Shown here in pieces: positions 26,348 through 37,289 of a DNA stretch of 60,201 bases. This DNA comes from Deltaproteobacteria bacterium (GTDB lineage: Bacteria; Desulfobacterota; Desulfobacteria; Desulfobacterales; ETH-SRB1): contig JAJSZW010000004.1 in NCBI GenBank assembly GCA_030262895.1, positions 1 to 60,201 of the forward strand, read 5' to 3'. The position numbers and the translations under genes were made by a program. A model generated the notes under the pieces. It made no database searches. It had not been told where the DNA came from and saw only the letters and a list, made by a program, of their open reading frames with translations. Numbering within the stretch: position 1 is the stretch's first letter; every line of letters starts with the position of its first letter.

Positions 26348-28987
26348 TATTACTTCAAACACAAATCCCGCTTCACCCAAAGACACTTTCACCTCTTTTA
26401 TTTGCTCCCCTGTCGCCATCCTGGACAGCAGCTCCTTCGACATCTCCGGCAGCAAGGTGTTGGTTAAGATATGATCCACGTTTCTGGCGCCGCTGTCGAC
26501 TTCGGTGCAGCGGCTTCCGATTGACTCTATTAATTCCTCATTGTATTTAAAGGTAACATTTCTGTTTTCCAGCATTCGCTTTGCAATACGATCCAGCTTG
26601 AGCTTGACGATGAGGCGCATGTTCTTGTCTGTAATGGGAAAGAACGGCACGACCTTTAAACGACCCAGAAACGCTGGCTTGAAGCGTTTCAACAACTCTG
26701 GTCGCAGCATTTCCGTCAGGGCCGGTGCATCCGGCATGGTCTCTTCATCAGCGCAGACCTTCATGATCATGTCTGTGCCCAGATTGGATGTAAGAATGAT
26801 CAGGGTGTTTTTAAAATCTATTCGTCGGCCTTCCCCGTCTTCCAGCATGCCTTTGTCAAAAACCTGGTAAAAGAGTTCCATCACATCAGGGTGGGCCTTT
26901 TCCACTTCATCCAGAAGGACGACGCTGTACGGCCTTCTCCTGACAGCTTCGGTCAAGACCCCTCCCTCGCCGTAGCCGACATATCCCGGAGGAGATCCTT
27001 TCAGGCCTGAAACCGTGTGCGCCTCCTGATACTCAGACATGTTGATGGTGATTACGTTTTCTTCGCCCCCGTACAGGACCTCGGAAAGCACCAAGGCTGT
27101 TTCGGTCTTGCCGACCCCGCTCGGTCCAACAAAGAGGAAGACTGCCGTCGGTTTTGACGGGTCTTCAATACCTGCGTGGGCTGTCTGGATCATCTGAGCT
27201 ACGGCGTCCAATGCATAGTCCTGTCCGATAATCCTTTCTGCTAATAAATCCGCCATGTTAAGGACGGTTTCGATTTCATCGGTCAGCATGCGTCCCGTGG
27301 GGATACCTGTCCATCCGGAGATCACTTCAGATATAATCTCAGGATCCACCATAATCTGAACCAGTGGTGAACCCCCTTGCGCTTCAGCAAGTTCCTTTTT
27401 CAGTCCTTTCAGAACATCCTGTTTTTCGGATAATGCTTGTTTGTCGGAAGGATCCTTTTCGTGGATTTCCTCTATCTTCTTCCGGACATCAATGACACGA
27501 TTAGCGATTTCCATTTCCTTTTGCCACTTTTGAGTCAGATCATCGAGGCGGGTCAGGGCTGCTTCCTTTTCTGTGACAAGAGACCGGATCCGCTCAACGT
27601 GCTCATGGCCTATCAATTCTTCCCTTTGAAGGATCTTCATCTCCCTGTCGATTCTGCCAATATTCCGGGTAGCTTCTTCAATGGCGGAAGGACTTGTATT
27701 CAGTCCTATGGCCACCCTGGCGCAAGCCGTGTCCAGAACACTCACGGACTTATCAGGGAGCTGTCTGCCTGTGAGATAACGATGGGACAGGTGGACTGCA
27801 TCAAACAAGGCATCATCTGTTATCATGACATTGTGATGATGCTCAAGAAACGGGGCAATCGCCCGCATCATCATCAGGGCCTTTTCTTCTTCCGGTTCTT
27901 CGATTTTGACCACCTGAAACCGCCGGGCCAGGGCAGCGTCTTTTTCAAAGTACTTTTTGTATTCAGACCAGGTGGTTGCCGCGATGGTGCGCAACTCACC
28001 CCGGGCCAGCGCGGGTTTGAGCATGTTGGCTGCATCCCCGGAACCCGCAGAGCCTCCTGCGCCTATTAGGGTGTGGGCTTCGTCTATGAAGAGAATTATA
28101 GGGATGGGGGATGCCTTTACCTCATCAATAACCGATTTTAACCGGTTTTCGAACTCTCCTTTTATTCCTGCCCCAGCCTGCAAAAGACCCAGGTCGAGTG
28201 TGTGGATCGCCACGTTTTTTAGCGGCGGAGGGATATCTCCTTCTACAATCCTGAGAGCAAATCCTTCCACCACTGCGGTCTTGCCCACACCGGCTTCTCC
28301 GGTCAGTATGGGATTGTTTTGCCTGCGCCGTATCAGGATATCCACCATCTGTCTGATCTCAAAGTCACGCCCAAGAACCGGGTCTATCTCTCCCTTTCGG
28401 GCCCTTTCGGTCAAGTTGATCGTATATTGAGCCAGGGCCTGTGCCTTTCCGGCCGGCATCCGCCGCCCTGCCGCATCTTCAGCCAGCGCCGGCTGCGCGG
28501 CGTCAGTCTCTTCAACGGACCCGGAAGTCAGATCAGTTAAATGCTCTCTTAAGGTCTCCACAGAGATTTTTTTAAAGCTTTCCGAGCTTCCAGATAACAT
28601 CCTGGCCATTTCATCGTTGCTCATAAGGGAAAGGAGAATGTGTCCTGAACGGATACTCGGAGCCTGAAAGTCAACAGAGGCAACCAGCCATGCTTCCTGA
28701 ATCATGCTGGGTATACGGGGAGAGAGAGCAGGAGTCCTGGCGTTGCCTGTTTTAAATCCCTCCATGGTACGTGTGAGATCAGATACCAAACGGGCCTCAT
28801 TGATTTCAAAGTGCCTGAGTATCTTCTGCATATCAGTGTTTGCTATCTCAAGAAGTTTGATGAGAAAGTGTTCTATGTCCACTTCATAATGGGTTTGAGA
28901 CAGGCAAAGGCCGGCAGCCGATTCCAGAGCGCTTCGGCAGGTAGTGTTTAATTTTCCTATCAACGATTTTAGATTTGATGCTGGCAT
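26345..28987 (-). CDS. tssH: T6SS ATPase ClpV
   Basis: LKSLIGKLN...ALESAAGLC, RRRQNNPILTGEAGVGKT, GPSGVGKT, SGARN. Confidence 0.97.
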   Translation of the reverse strand: MPASNLKSLIGKLNTTCRSALESAAGLCLSQTHYEVDIEHFLIKLLEIANTDMQKILRHFEINEARLVSDLTRTMEGFKTGNARTPALSPRIPSMIQEAWLVASVDFQAPSIRSGHILLSLMSNDEMARMLSGSSESFKKISVETLREHLTDLTSGSVEETDAAQPALAEDAAGRRMPAGKAQALAQYTINLTERARKGEIDPVLGRDFEIRQMVDILIRRRQNNPILTGEAGVGKTAVVEGFALRIVEGDIPPPLKNVAIHTLDLGLLQAGAGIKGEFENRLKSVIDEVKASPIPIILFIDEAHTLIGAGGSAGSGDAANMLKPALARGELRTIAATTWSEYKKYFEKDAALARRFQVVKIEEPEEEKALMMMRAIAPFLEHHHNVMITDDALFDAVHLSHRYLTGRQLPDKSVSVLDTACARVAIGLNTSPSAIEEATRNIGRIDREMKILQREELIGHEHVERIRSLVTEKEAALTRLDDLTQKWQKEMEIANRVIDVRKKIEEIHEKDPSDKQALSEKQDVLKGLKKELAEAQGGSPLVQIMVDPEIISEVISGWTGIPTGRMLTDEIETVLNMADLLAERIIGQDYALDAVAQMIQTAHAGIEDPSKPTAVFLFVGPSGVGKTETALVLSEVLYGGEENVITINMSEYQEAHTVSGLKGSPPGYVGYGEGGVLTEAVRRRPYSVVLLDEVEKAHPDVMELFYQVFDKGMLEDGEGRRIDFKNTLIILTSNLGTDMIMKVCADEETMPDAPALTEMLRPELLKRFKPAFLGRLKVVPFFPITDKNMRLIVKLKLDRIAKRMLENRNVTFKYNEELIESIGSRCTEVDSGARNVDHILTNTLLPEMSKELLSRMATGEQIKEVKVSLGEAGFVFEVI

Positions 28988-28991
28988 GATA

Positions 28992-30020
28992 TTAGCTCCT
29001 TATTTGCTCATCAAACGTTACATAAGGATCCTCACCCTGAATTACACCGGGAGTCTTGATCCATGTTGACCAGCCGAGCTGCGGACAGGCTGGAGTTTCC
29101 ATACCTAATGCACACAGGGGAACTTCCTTACGTTTTAGAAATAGGCGAATCTCGAATTCATACTCTATTCCCACCATATATTTGACCAGGGAAAAGATGG
29201 AACAGAGCTTCTTGCCTGTGGGCATAAAACAAATAAAATCATCATAACTCATTGGCCCCAGGTTGATGCGAAATTTTGTCTGGCTTTCCCGGGCCCACGA
29301 TCCGCAAATAGCGTCGATTCCTATTTGTCCATTGGTTTCGCCGAGTTGAGTCTGATCTTCCAGGTCTAATGGGAGCATCCGTTCGATAAATTGTTCGACC
29401 TCGACATCAGCGCCGGAAAAATACTCCACCGCTGCCTCGATAGCAACCGCAGATGGAACCGGCCTCGATAATAAACCGCTGTAAAATATCAGAGACTCCT
29501 CTGATAATCCGATTCTTTTGGTGAGTCCGGCTGTCCCCAAACCTGTTAAACTTAGTAAATGTCCGGAAAGTCTGTCTCCGGCTCCAGGAAGATAATTTAC
29601 AGGAAATTTGTATTTTTTCCAGGCCAGGTAAAAAAGAGAGATAAGACGGTGATGGAAAATATCATAAAACGCGGTAAGGCTGAAATCTTTCCGGCGATTT
29701 CTCTCCATAGCCAGTTCATTGTGCCAATTCGGCAAAACACCGGATGGACCGATCAACCCCATAAATGCGACTTCCATATTAACCGGTCTTTTCTTATTGC
29801 TATGTGTTAAGTTTGAAATATCGCTGGGGGGAAATGAAAAACCGGGTTTCACTGAAAATTGCACTACTTCTTCATCCGGCGCCAGTGTCTGTCCTAACGG
29901 TTTTTTGTCGGGGAAAAGAGATTCCAGTAAATCTACAGCCTTAAAAAATGAAAAACCGTAAAATTCCTTAAAAAGACGCTCTCTTAGAGGAGTATTCGAT
30001 TGCCGTTTCTTGGAGGCCAT
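28992..30020 (-). CDS. tssG: T6SS baseplate TssG
   Basis: FMGLIGPSGVLP, FYDIFHHRLISLFYLAWKKY, LGWSTW. Confidence 0.95.
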   Translation of the reverse strand: MASKKRQSNTPLRERLFKEFYGFSFFKAVDLLESLFPDKKPLGQTLAPDEEVVQFSVKPGFSFPPSDISNLTHSNKKRPVNMEVAFMGLIGPSGVLPNWHNELAMERNRRKDFSLTAFYDIFHHRLISLFYLAWKKYKFPVNYLPGAGDRLSGHLLSLTGLGTAGLTKRIGLSEESLIFYSGLLSRPVPSAVAIEAAVEYFSGADVEVEQFIERMLPLDLEDQTQLGETNGQIGIDAICGSWARESQTKFRINLGPMSYDDFICFMPTGKKLCSIFSLVKYMVGIEYEFEIRLFLKRKEVPLCALGMETPACPQLGWSTWIKTPGVIQGEDPYVTFDEQIRS

Positions 30021-31795
30021 TTTTTTAACACCTCTTTTTTCTGTATGGTTTTTGCAATCAATTGGGAAAAGGAATTAATGGAAACATATTGTCCTAAAAA
30101 CCTTTCCAATACAGATGCAAACAGATACAGACCTGTTCCAACAAATTTATCCTCGTCAAATGTTATGGTAACCTGCACCCCGCGGCAAAATGATTGGCCT
30201 ATTCTTTTTGTGACAGGTTGAGACTGAATAGATACTATGCCGTTTATCTGCTGTCTTGTAGCTGGTGAGTTTTCAAAATCATAAAGTTTGAGGATTTCCT
30301 TGAGGGCATCTTCTCCTCCCTGCACAAGAGAAATATAATTGAGGGACAGATGGGATATCAAACGCCATTGCAGGTTCCCGTCCATAAAGGGTCTGCGGGT
30401 TGGAGTGGGTTTTATCAGACTCTTTATCCGTGCAACAGGAGCCGTTATTTCCATATCAAAATCGCCCTTATCGTCCCCAAAGGGAAGACGGGCAGGCAAG
30501 TCTCGATTAGAGCATGTAATATGGATAGTTAATATTTCCACCTCCGGATCAATTGATTTGAAGTTCGAGTCTGCAAAGGAAAGATAGACCTCTGTTCCCT
30601 CATCCCCTTTTTTACCCGAAGAGCGGCGTTGAATATACCAAAAAGCCATTCGGTCATTGCTATCCTCTTCATCAAGATGGTGTTTTATGGAGTAAAAGGG
30701 TTTGAAATCAAACCCTTTTCCCGGAAAAGAATCCGAAGAGGCGGTAACCCTGTCAATACTGAAGACTTCTGTTGCTTCCTGGCTTCTGATATTTGGAATA
30801 ACATGATATTCGGTCTTTCGTTGTTCAATTCGTACAGGTTCGGCAATACGTTTAAATAAATTGACTACAGGCGCAGTGTTGATGCAAAAGGTATCTTTAT
30901 TGATCACAAGATTCGATTTGGCATTCCTGTTCAAGTATATCCAAATATTAAGAGTGTCATTGAAATCCGGATGTTTAATTTTATCCAGGCCGCCAAGATC
31001 AAAGAAAAGGAACTTTTCAGGGAAACAAAAGTATTCAAAAAGGAGAAGAAAGCCAGGAAAAGCTCTTTGGGTATAGGGAATCAAATGCTCATCAGGGTCA
31101 AATCCAACGGGTTTTATGTCATCTTTGGTTAATGATATCTTTTCTATAATCTTTTGTTCTTCACTATTTATCAACTCACATTCAACACAACACACATTGT
31201 TGAATAAAAGTTCGTACAGATGAAAGACATGCTGGGCCGGGCCATTTAGGAAAAAACGCAGGTCATTCCAGCCAAGATTGGAAAAGCTCAAGTTATTAAA
31301 AGTCTTTAATTGAATTAAAATAGCTTGCTGGGCGTCTTTCACCGGTTTTTTGGGATCACAAAGCTCTGCTGAAACAACCTCGACAGGCCAGAGCTTGACA
31401 GAATAAGATGTGTCAAACCTGCATTGAATGCCGTTGACTGATTTGGAATAGAGCATGGTATCTTCAGGTATCAGGTGTCCGGACTCGGTAACATTCTGTT
31501 TTACCGGTTCAAATCTGACTATGGACATGGAGGGTATCGGATTGATGTAATGAGGGTAAATTATATTAAGCAACGATTCTGTTATTTCAGGAAAATCATC
31601 ATCAATCTTCTTATGTATACGTCCGCTAAGAAAGGCAAATGCCTCAATCAAACGTTCAGTATGCGGGTCTTCACATTTATCATGTTCAAGGAGCAGCCGA
31701 CCGGCAATCTTGGGGTATTTCCTGGCAAACTCAGCCCCCATTTTGCGGATAAATGTGAGTTCGCGCTCATAATAACTTAGAAGTTTATCATCCAT
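29984..31795 (-). CDS. tssF: T6SS baseplate TssF
   Basis: YYERELTF, YPKIAGRL, DPHTERLIEAFAFL, WRLISHLSLN, SINSF. Confidence 0.97.
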   Translation of the reverse strand: MDDKLLSYYERELTFIRKMGAEFARKYPKIAGRLLLEHDKCEDPHTERLIEAFAFLSGRIHKKIDDDFPEITESLLNIIYPHYINPIPSMSIVRFEPVKQNVTESGHLIPEDTMLYSKSVNGIQCRFDTSYSVKLWPVEVVSAELCDPKKPVKDAQQAILIQLKTFNNLSFSNLGWNDLRFFLNGPAQHVFHLYELLFNNVCCVECELINSEEQKIIEKISLTKDDIKPVGFDPDEHLIPYTQRAFPGFLLLFEYFCFPEKFLFFDLGGLDKIKHPDFNDTLNIWIYLNRNAKSNLVINKDTFCINTAPVVNLFKRIAEPVRIEQRKTEYHVIPNIRSQEATEVFSIDRVTASSDSFPGKGFDFKPFYSIKHHLDEEDSNDRMAFWYIQRRSSGKKGDEGTEVYLSFADSNFKSIDPEVEILTIHITCSNRDLPARLPFGDDKGDFDMEITAPVARIKSLIKPTPTRRPFMDGNLQWRLISHLSLNYISLVQGGEDALKEILKLYDFENSPATRQQINGIVSIQSQPVTKRIGQSFCRGVQVTITFDEDKFVGTGLYLFASVLERFLGQYVSINSFSQLIAKTIQKKEVLKKWPPRNGNRILL

Positions 31796-31802
31796 TATTT
31801 TT

Positions 31803-31857
31803 TAGCTCATCAGCTCAACAGTTTATCAGCTTATCAGCTCAAAAGCTCAACAGGCTA
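31803..31857 (-). repeat. Octamer array filling the tssE-tssF spacer
   Basis: Coding strand TAGCCTGTTGAGCTTTTGAGCTGATAAGCTGATAAACTGTTGAGCTGATGAGCTA. Confidence 0.8.
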
Positions 31858-32331
31858 TCTCGATATAATATACTCACCTTTGTTGACATCAAAATAGGTA
31901 TCAAAAGTCACCGGTTCTGCTACAGGTTCTACAACCAACAGGCCTTTAATCCTGAACCTGAGATTACGTTCGTTGTGAGCTGTTGTTTCAAGATGTACAG
32001 TTATATTTTTTAACCTGGGTTCAAACCGTGAAATACTCTTTTCAATATCCTGTCGCAGCCGCTGTCTTACGAATGGGCTTCCAGGATTTTTGGAGGTAAA
32101 GTCCTTTAGGCCATATACAAAAAGAGAATTATTGACCCGGCTATATTCAACCGGAGGAATCAATATCTGGCGCCTGGTGTTAAGAAGATTTTCCAGATCT
32201 CTTATGACCGAGTCCATGATTTGCCCGATACTGACCAGGCAATACTGGACAGGCTCACGAGAAATGCCTGGTTCATGATCGATAAGCCTATCCAGTATAG
32301 ATGCCCGGAGATTTTGGTGTGTTTGTTTCAA
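31855..32331 (-). CDS. tssE: T6SS baseplate TssE (gp25-like)
   Basis: SILDRLID, RDLENLLNTR, YGLKD, FEPRL. Confidence 0.95.
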   Translation of the reverse strand: MKQTHQNLRASILDRLIDHEPGISREPVQYCLVSIGQIMDSVIRDLENLLNTRRQILIPPVEYSRVNNSLFVYGLKDFTSKNPGSPFVRQRLRQDIEKSISRFEPRLKNITVHLETTAHNERNLRFRIKGLLVVEPVAEPVTFDTYFDVNKGEYIISR

Positions 32332-32358
32332 CCTGTCAAAACCATGTTAGCTAAGGTG

Positions 32359-32856
32359 TTATATTTTTGTATTTGTTTCAAGGTTCCAACCGCCTGCCAC
32401 ATTTCCTCCTCCGCTGCCGTCTGCGCGTTTTTGCTGGGTGTAAGTCCATTCAATTTTGCCATAATTGAAGGAAACCTCCTCAAGAGGCAGTGTCTCACCA
32501 CCTTGAGCAGATCCACCCGGGCGGACTGAACTCACGATGCAGTCGCTCATTTTGTACTCCATGTATTGCACCTTGTCGCCACCTGCCCGGCACAAGGCAA
32601 GAACGACCTCTGAAATGTGGGTCCCGTCAGCGCATGCCACGGCCAGCTTTGGAGAGGCCTTATCCAGGGCCTTGACAATAGAAAAATCCTGGAAATCAGC
32701 CCGTTCCGACGAGGCCCCGCCACCACTGCTGGCCGACGCCGATGCTGTTTGAGATACCCCTGCGCTATAGGAGAGCACCTCTATCTCGTCTGCGTGGGCG
32801 TCATCCGTGCTTTCTCCTGGTATACCATCTATCTTTAAAAATGCATCAAATGCCAT
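32359..32856 (-). CDS. hcp: T6SS tube protein Hcp
   Basis: DAFLKIDGIPGES.D..H, DKASPKL, EEVSFNYGKIEW.Y. Confidence 0.97.
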   Translation of the reverse strand: MAFDAFLKIDGIPGESTDDAHADEIEVLSYSAGVSQTASASASSGGGASSERADFQDFSIVKALDKASPKLAVACADGTHISEVVLALCRAGGDKVQYMEYKMSDCIVSSVRPGGSAQGGETLPLEEVSFNYGKIEWTYTQQKRADGSGGGNVAGGWNLETNTKI

Positions 32857-32928
32857 GATCTGTTCCCTCCTTCTATTAATTGTTGGTTAATTGTTGGTTT
32901 TGCTTTGGAAGAAATTAATTTATCAGGG

Positions 32929-32958
32929 CGAAACCCAACAAATCAATTCATGGGTTTC
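32929..32958. repeat. Degenerate REP/REPIN remnant upstream of hcp
   Basis: CGAAACCCAACA...TGGGTTTC, the same core as the RAYT-flanking REPs. Confidence 0.55.
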
Positions 32959-33030
32959 CATTTTCAGGCAAAAACGGCTTTAAAAGTTAAAATAACAGGT
33001 TATTAACTCGCCAACCTTACCATTTTCCTT

Positions 33031-33069
33031 ACAGCTCAACAACTCAACAACTCAACAGCTTATCAGCTA
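33031..33069 (-). repeat. Octamer array just after the tssC stop
   Basis: Coding strand TAGCTGATAAGCTGTTGAGTTGTTGAGTTGTTGAGCTGT. Confidence 0.8.
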
Positions 33070-33073
33070 ATCC

Positions 33074-34570
33074 CTACCCCTTTGCAGGAGGAGGCAGTTC
33101 CGCTACCAACCTTAAGGACACGGTCAGTTCGTCCAGTTGGTAATGGGGCTTAAGAAAGGCCACTGCCCGATAAGCCCCGGTTTTACCAGGGATTTCGCTG
33201 ACATCAACCCTTGCTTCCCGCAAAGGGAACTTAGCCTTGGTTTCCTGCCCAGCATCATCATCCAAAAGAACATAGTTGCTAATCCACCGGTTTAAAAAAT
33301 CTTCGACATTCTTGCGGGTCATGAAACTACCGATCTTGTCTCGCATGATCGATTTCAGGTAATGAGCAAATCTCGAGACAGCAAGGATATACTGAAGTTG
33401 GGAAGAGAGCCTTGCATTGGCATTGGCAAAATCAGTGTCATATGCTTTAGGTTTATTGGTTGTCTGGGTGCTAAAAAAGGCCGCATAATCGGTTCCCTTG
33501 CAATGGACCAAAGGTATAAAACCAAGATCGGCAAACTCCTTTTCCCGCCTGTCTGTAATGGCTATTTCCGTGGGGCACTTGAGCGCCACGTCTCCCTCAT
33601 CTGTCTTGAATGTGTGGACAGGCAGACCTTCCACAAGGCCGCCGCCTTCCACCCCCCTGATGGCCGCGCACCAGTGGTATTTGGCAAATGCATCCGTCAA
33701 ACGTGTACCAAGCGCATATGCCGCATTACCCCAAAGATACTTGCTGTGGTCTGTACCATCCACATCCTCTTCGTAGTTAAAAGATTCAACTGGAATATTG
33801 GCCTGACCGTAAGGAAGACGCATAAGGACATGGGGAAGGGCCAGCGCCACATACCTGGCATCTTCCGAGTCACGGAATGACTTCCATTTGGCATATTCCA
33901 CAGTCTGGAAAACCTTTGCCATGTCACGAGGACCGCCAAGCTCAGTAAATCTGTCCCAATTAAATAGCTGTGGAGATGCAGCAGAGATAAACGGAGCATG
34001 GGCCGCTGCCGCCACCTGGGAAATTTTTTCGAGAAGGGCTATATCCTGAGGATGGTTACTGAACTCATAATCACCCATCAAAGCGCCATAGGATGCGCCG
34101 CCGAACATACCGAACTCTTCTTCATATATCTTTTTGAAAAGTGACGACTGGTCGAATTCGCTGGCTTTTTCCATGTCCTTGAGGAGGTCTTTCTTGGAGA
34201 CATTCATCACCCTGATTTTTAATCTTTCTCCTGTTTCACTCTGATGCACAAGATAGTGCAACCCCCTCCAAGACGCTTCAAGTTTTTGCAATTCAGGATT
34301 GTGCATGACTTCATTGAGCTGCATGGAAATCAGTTTATCGATTTGACTGATCCTGGTATTGATCATGGTCTCTGTGTCTTTTGAGACGACCATGGTCCCT
34401 TCCATGATCTGGCTGACAAACTCACCAATAACATCTTTGGCCCATTCTCTTTGACTCTCATCACGGGTCATACGGCCGTCTTCTATAATCCGGTCTAAAA
34501 TGTTCTTTTCTTCCTGAGTTTCTTCGGCCTGAGCAGACTCCGGTTGGACTTGTTTTTCATTTTCAGCCAT
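33074..34570 (-). CDS. tssC: T6SS sheath large subunit
   Basis: LEASWRGL, YEEEFG.FGG, AAAAHAPF, IRGVEGGG, CPTEIAITDRRE, SRFAHYLK. Confidence 0.97.
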   Translation of the reverse strand: MAENEKQVQPESAQAEETQEEKNILDRIIEDGRMTRDESQREWAKDVIGEFVSQIMEGTMVVSKDTETMINTRISQIDKLISMQLNEVMHNPELQKLEASWRGLHYLVHQSETGERLKIRVMNVSKKDLLKDMEKASEFDQSSLFKKIYEEEFGMFGGASYGALMGDYEFSNHPQDIALLEKISQVAAAAHAPFISAASPQLFNWDRFTELGGPRDMAKVFQTVEYAKWKSFRDSEDARYVALALPHVLMRLPYGQANIPVESFNYEEDVDGTDHSKYLWGNAAYALGTRLTDAFAKYHWCAAIRGVEGGGLVEGLPVHTFKTDEGDVALKCPTEIAITDRREKEFADLGFIPLVHCKGTDYAAFFSTQTTNKPKAYDTDFANANARLSSQLQYILAVSRFAHYLKSIMRDKIGSFMTRKNVEDFLNRWISNYVLLDDDAGQETKAKFPLREARVDVSEIPGKTGAYRAVAFLKPHYQLDELTVSLRLVAELPPPAKG

Positions 34571-34585
34571 GGGACTTCTCCTCTA

Positions 34586-35116
34586 TTATTTATCTTTTTC
34601 TTTTGGTTCTTCCGGTTTTTCTACACCGACCTCATCCCCGAGTTTTTGTAAGGAGTCAGTGCTTGTAATGACATCTTGAAGCAGTTCATCCAGCCTGTCG
34701 TTGCCATCTAATTTGTTGAGCAAATTGGAAAGTTTCTGTCTTGCTTCCACCATTTTTCGCACTGGTGTTATCTGATCCGCAACACGTTCCGGATGAAAAT
34801 CGTCAATCGACTTGAAGCGGAGTTCAACCGCTATTTTTGTATCTTCTTCCGTCAGTTTGTTATCTACTTTGAATGCCAGCCTCGGTTTCATCCCCTCAAG
34901 CACATTGTTGAAATTATCACGGTCTATTTCAACAAATTTTCTATCTTTAAGCTTTGGAAGCGGTTCATCCGGCTTGCCGGATAAATCGCCCAATACCCCG
35001 ACAACAAACGGGATCTCCTTCATCTCAATAGCATCACCGATTTCCACATCATAGGTTATTTGTACTCTTGGCGATCTCACTCTGTCAAGTGTGTGTTGTA
35101 AACTCTCTTTAGCCAT
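34586..35116 (-). CDS. tssB: T6SS sheath small subunit
   Basis: PRVQITYDVE, PFVVGVLGDLSG, IDRDNF, DDFHP. Confidence 0.97.
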   Translation of the reverse strand: MAKESLQHTLDRVRSPRVQITYDVEIGDAIEMKEIPFVVGVLGDLSGKPDEPLPKLKDRKFVEIDRDNFNNVLEGMKPRLAFKVDNKLTEEDTKIAVELRFKSIDDFHPERVADQITPVRKMVEARQKLSNLLNKLDGNDRLDELLQDVITSTDSLQKLGDEVGVEKPEEPKEKDK

Positions 35117-35134
35117 GGTCTATCCTCCTTTTCG

Positions 35135-36454
35135 TTAACTTCTGTAACTCATCGCCTTTGTAACATCTGTGGTGCAGAGCCTCTGCAACAGCGCCCTTGC
35201 TCTGCCAATATCCTCATCTGTCGGTTCTCCTGTTGTCAGACACTTATAAAGGGTATCGAGCACATCCGCAATCCATACAGGGGATTCCCAGCGCTCCAGT
35301 TGCAACTCCTCAATTAATATGTTCAACTTTTCCGCAATCGGTCTGGCCAGATCCGGCCTCTCGGCCTTCAGGCAAAGCTTGGCCATGAGGAGCTGGTAGC
35401 GATTCTTTTCTCTCACGGACGGCGCACTGCAAGAAGCGCTAAAAAGCTGTCCCAGAGCCTTTTTGATCCCTGATGCCTTAAGTTTTGCAAGCGCGTCTTT
35501 CCACATGGCCTTTTCAAGAGACCCTGAATCTAAAATTCGGTCTTCCGGAAACGGCAAAACATCCTCGAACGAGGCGTTTTCCTCTTCTTCCACCTCATTG
35601 ACTTCTGTTGCCTCAGCCTCTTCTGTTGCCGGCTCAGGCTCCTCAATAGCATCAAGATCCTTCTTTTCCTTAAAGATTTTCATAATAACCCGTTCGCAAT
35701 CCTCGAGCGCCTCTCTCAATTCCGCAAGCCTGGGGGCCTCTGAGCCGAATTTTTCATCCACCGTGTCATCGAACCTCTTGAATTCTTCCAGGCATACGGT
35801 CAAGTCTTTCGCCAGGGACTCGTAATATGCTTTTGACGAACGAGCTACTGCTGCATCAAAATCCTCGGCAGTTATCTTGCCCTCGGCTATCGAGGCATTG
35901 CGAGCCTTCTTTTTATTTTCATCCACATCGCCGTATTGGTTTCGTATATCAGCCTCATAGCCCACCTGCCTCGATTCTTGCCATTGCAGCCACGAATACC
36001 CAGGCGTTGCATCCTTATCGGTCAATGGAACCTGCTTCACGGCAAGCCAGACTTTATCATTCATGAGTTCAATCGGGCCAATCCTGAAATCGAGGTCACC
36101 ATCCTCTATTACCGGATAAACATGTTCCCAGTAATCGCTCAAAAAGCCGGCAAGCAACTTAAGACCTATGGCAAGTCCGCTGAAACCTTCGGTATTAACT
36201 AATGCTTCAGTAAGCCACGCGGCTATCTGCAAGTCTTTGGACTTATTGATAAGCGCATCGACAGCGGTAGTAATTACCGCATCCCAGTCAGAGGTCTTGA
36301 TTTCACGTTGCCAATCCCCACGATCAAGAAGGTCATCGGCTCTCCGCGCCTCCTTAATCTGATCATAGGCGGGGCTGTAGCGAAGGTCCTCACCCGCCGG
36401 GTTATCGCCCGGAATTGGGGCCAATATGGCTTCTATATCGATCTCTTGTTTCAT
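35135..36454 (-). CDS. tssA: T6SS TssA (ImpA_N plus VasJ-like C-terminus)
   Basis: ILAPIPGDNPAGEDLRY, SKDLQIAAWLTEA, LERWE. Confidence 0.92.
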   Translation of the reverse strand: MKQEIDIEAILAPIPGDNPAGEDLRYSPAYDQIKEARRADDLLDRGDWQREIKTSDWDAVITTAVDALINKSKDLQIAAWLTEALVNTEGFSGLAIGLKLLAGFLSDYWEHVYPVIEDGDLDFRIGPIELMNDKVWLAVKQVPLTDKDATPGYSWLQWQESRQVGYEADIRNQYGDVDENKKKARNASIAEGKITAEDFDAAVARSSKAYYESLAKDLTVCLEEFKRFDDTVDEKFGSEAPRLAELREALEDCERVIMKIFKEKKDLDAIEEPEPATEEAEATEVNEVEEEENASFEDVLPFPEDRILDSGSLEKAMWKDALAKLKASGIKKALGQLFSASCSAPSVREKNRYQLLMAKLCLKAERPDLARPIAEKLNILIEELQLERWESPVWIADVLDTLYKCLTTGEPTDEDIGRARALLQRLCTTDVTKAMSYRS

Positions 36455-36458
36455 AACT

Positions 36459-37256
36459 TCAGATATTTTGTAGGTTAAATAAAGCCTCCCGGATTTCCAG
36501 AATGCTTATGTCCTCTTCACCTGCCTGAAAGACATGTTGGCCGATGCCTTTTGTAAACTGTCCTCCAAGAGAGAACCAGTCAGTCATTCTGCCAAGCTTT
36601 ATCCTGTCATCCTCATGAAGAAATGAATTTGGATAGAGCACAGGAAGATAACAGTTCATAGTCAGTCCGTCCCATGTGGTTATCCGGGTTGTAATCCAGA
36701 GGAGATCAAAAAGCGTCTTGGGAGCCGAAACAACAAGTTCTCTAATTGCCTCAAAAGGTATCCATACATACCGCTCATGGACAATCGCTTCGAGGAAAAG
36801 GGACAGAAAAGTGTCTGTGTCCTTAAAACCGGTAAAGCTCTTTCCATTCACTGTCCCGGATATAACGGGGCGTTGCGCCTCTACTTGATCTAAAAGCAGC
36901 TTTGCCTCATCTATATTTTTTTCACCTATCTTTGTCTGGGCCGCGTAGTACATTTCAAGGTAGGATGGAGTTTCCGACAGGAATGAAGGGCGACGTTTCA
37001 GCTTGCAGACTTCCGTACGTTCTCTCTCCGCATGGATCAAGTTTTTGTACACCTGGACTGCGACATCGACAGCTACATCCTGGGTACCGATCGCGTCAAG
37101 ATGCCGCTCAGCCTTGTCCCACTCACCGTAAAAAGCGAGAACTTGAAACAGAAGTGTTCGCCTTCCGCTATCACCAGGTTTCGTCTTGACTTCCTCAGTG
37201 AGCTGCTTGCGGGCATCTGAAAGCCTGCCTGCTTTGATAAGATCTTTTGAGTCCAT
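36459..37256 (-). CDS. tagJ: T6SS accessory TagJ/ImpE
   Basis: LLFQVLAF.GEWDKA, YVWIPF, DLLW, LPVLYP, LGRMTDW, GIGQ. Confidence 0.9.
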   Translation of the reverse strand: MDSKDLIKAGRLSDARKQLTEEVKTKPGDSGRRTLLFQVLAFYGEWDKAERHLDAIGTQDVAVDVAVQVYKNLIHAERERTEVCKLKRRPSFLSETPSYLEMYYAAQTKIGEKNIDEAKLLLDQVEAQRPVISGTVNGKSFTGFKDTDTFLSLFLEAIVHERYVWIPFEAIRELVVSAPKTLFDLLWITTRITTWDGLTMNCYLPVLYPNSFLHEDDRIKLGRMTDWFSLGGQFTKGIGQHVFQAGEEDISILEIREALFNLQNI

Positions 37257-37289
37257 GACGCATAAAACCTCTTACACTCAATATCTTTT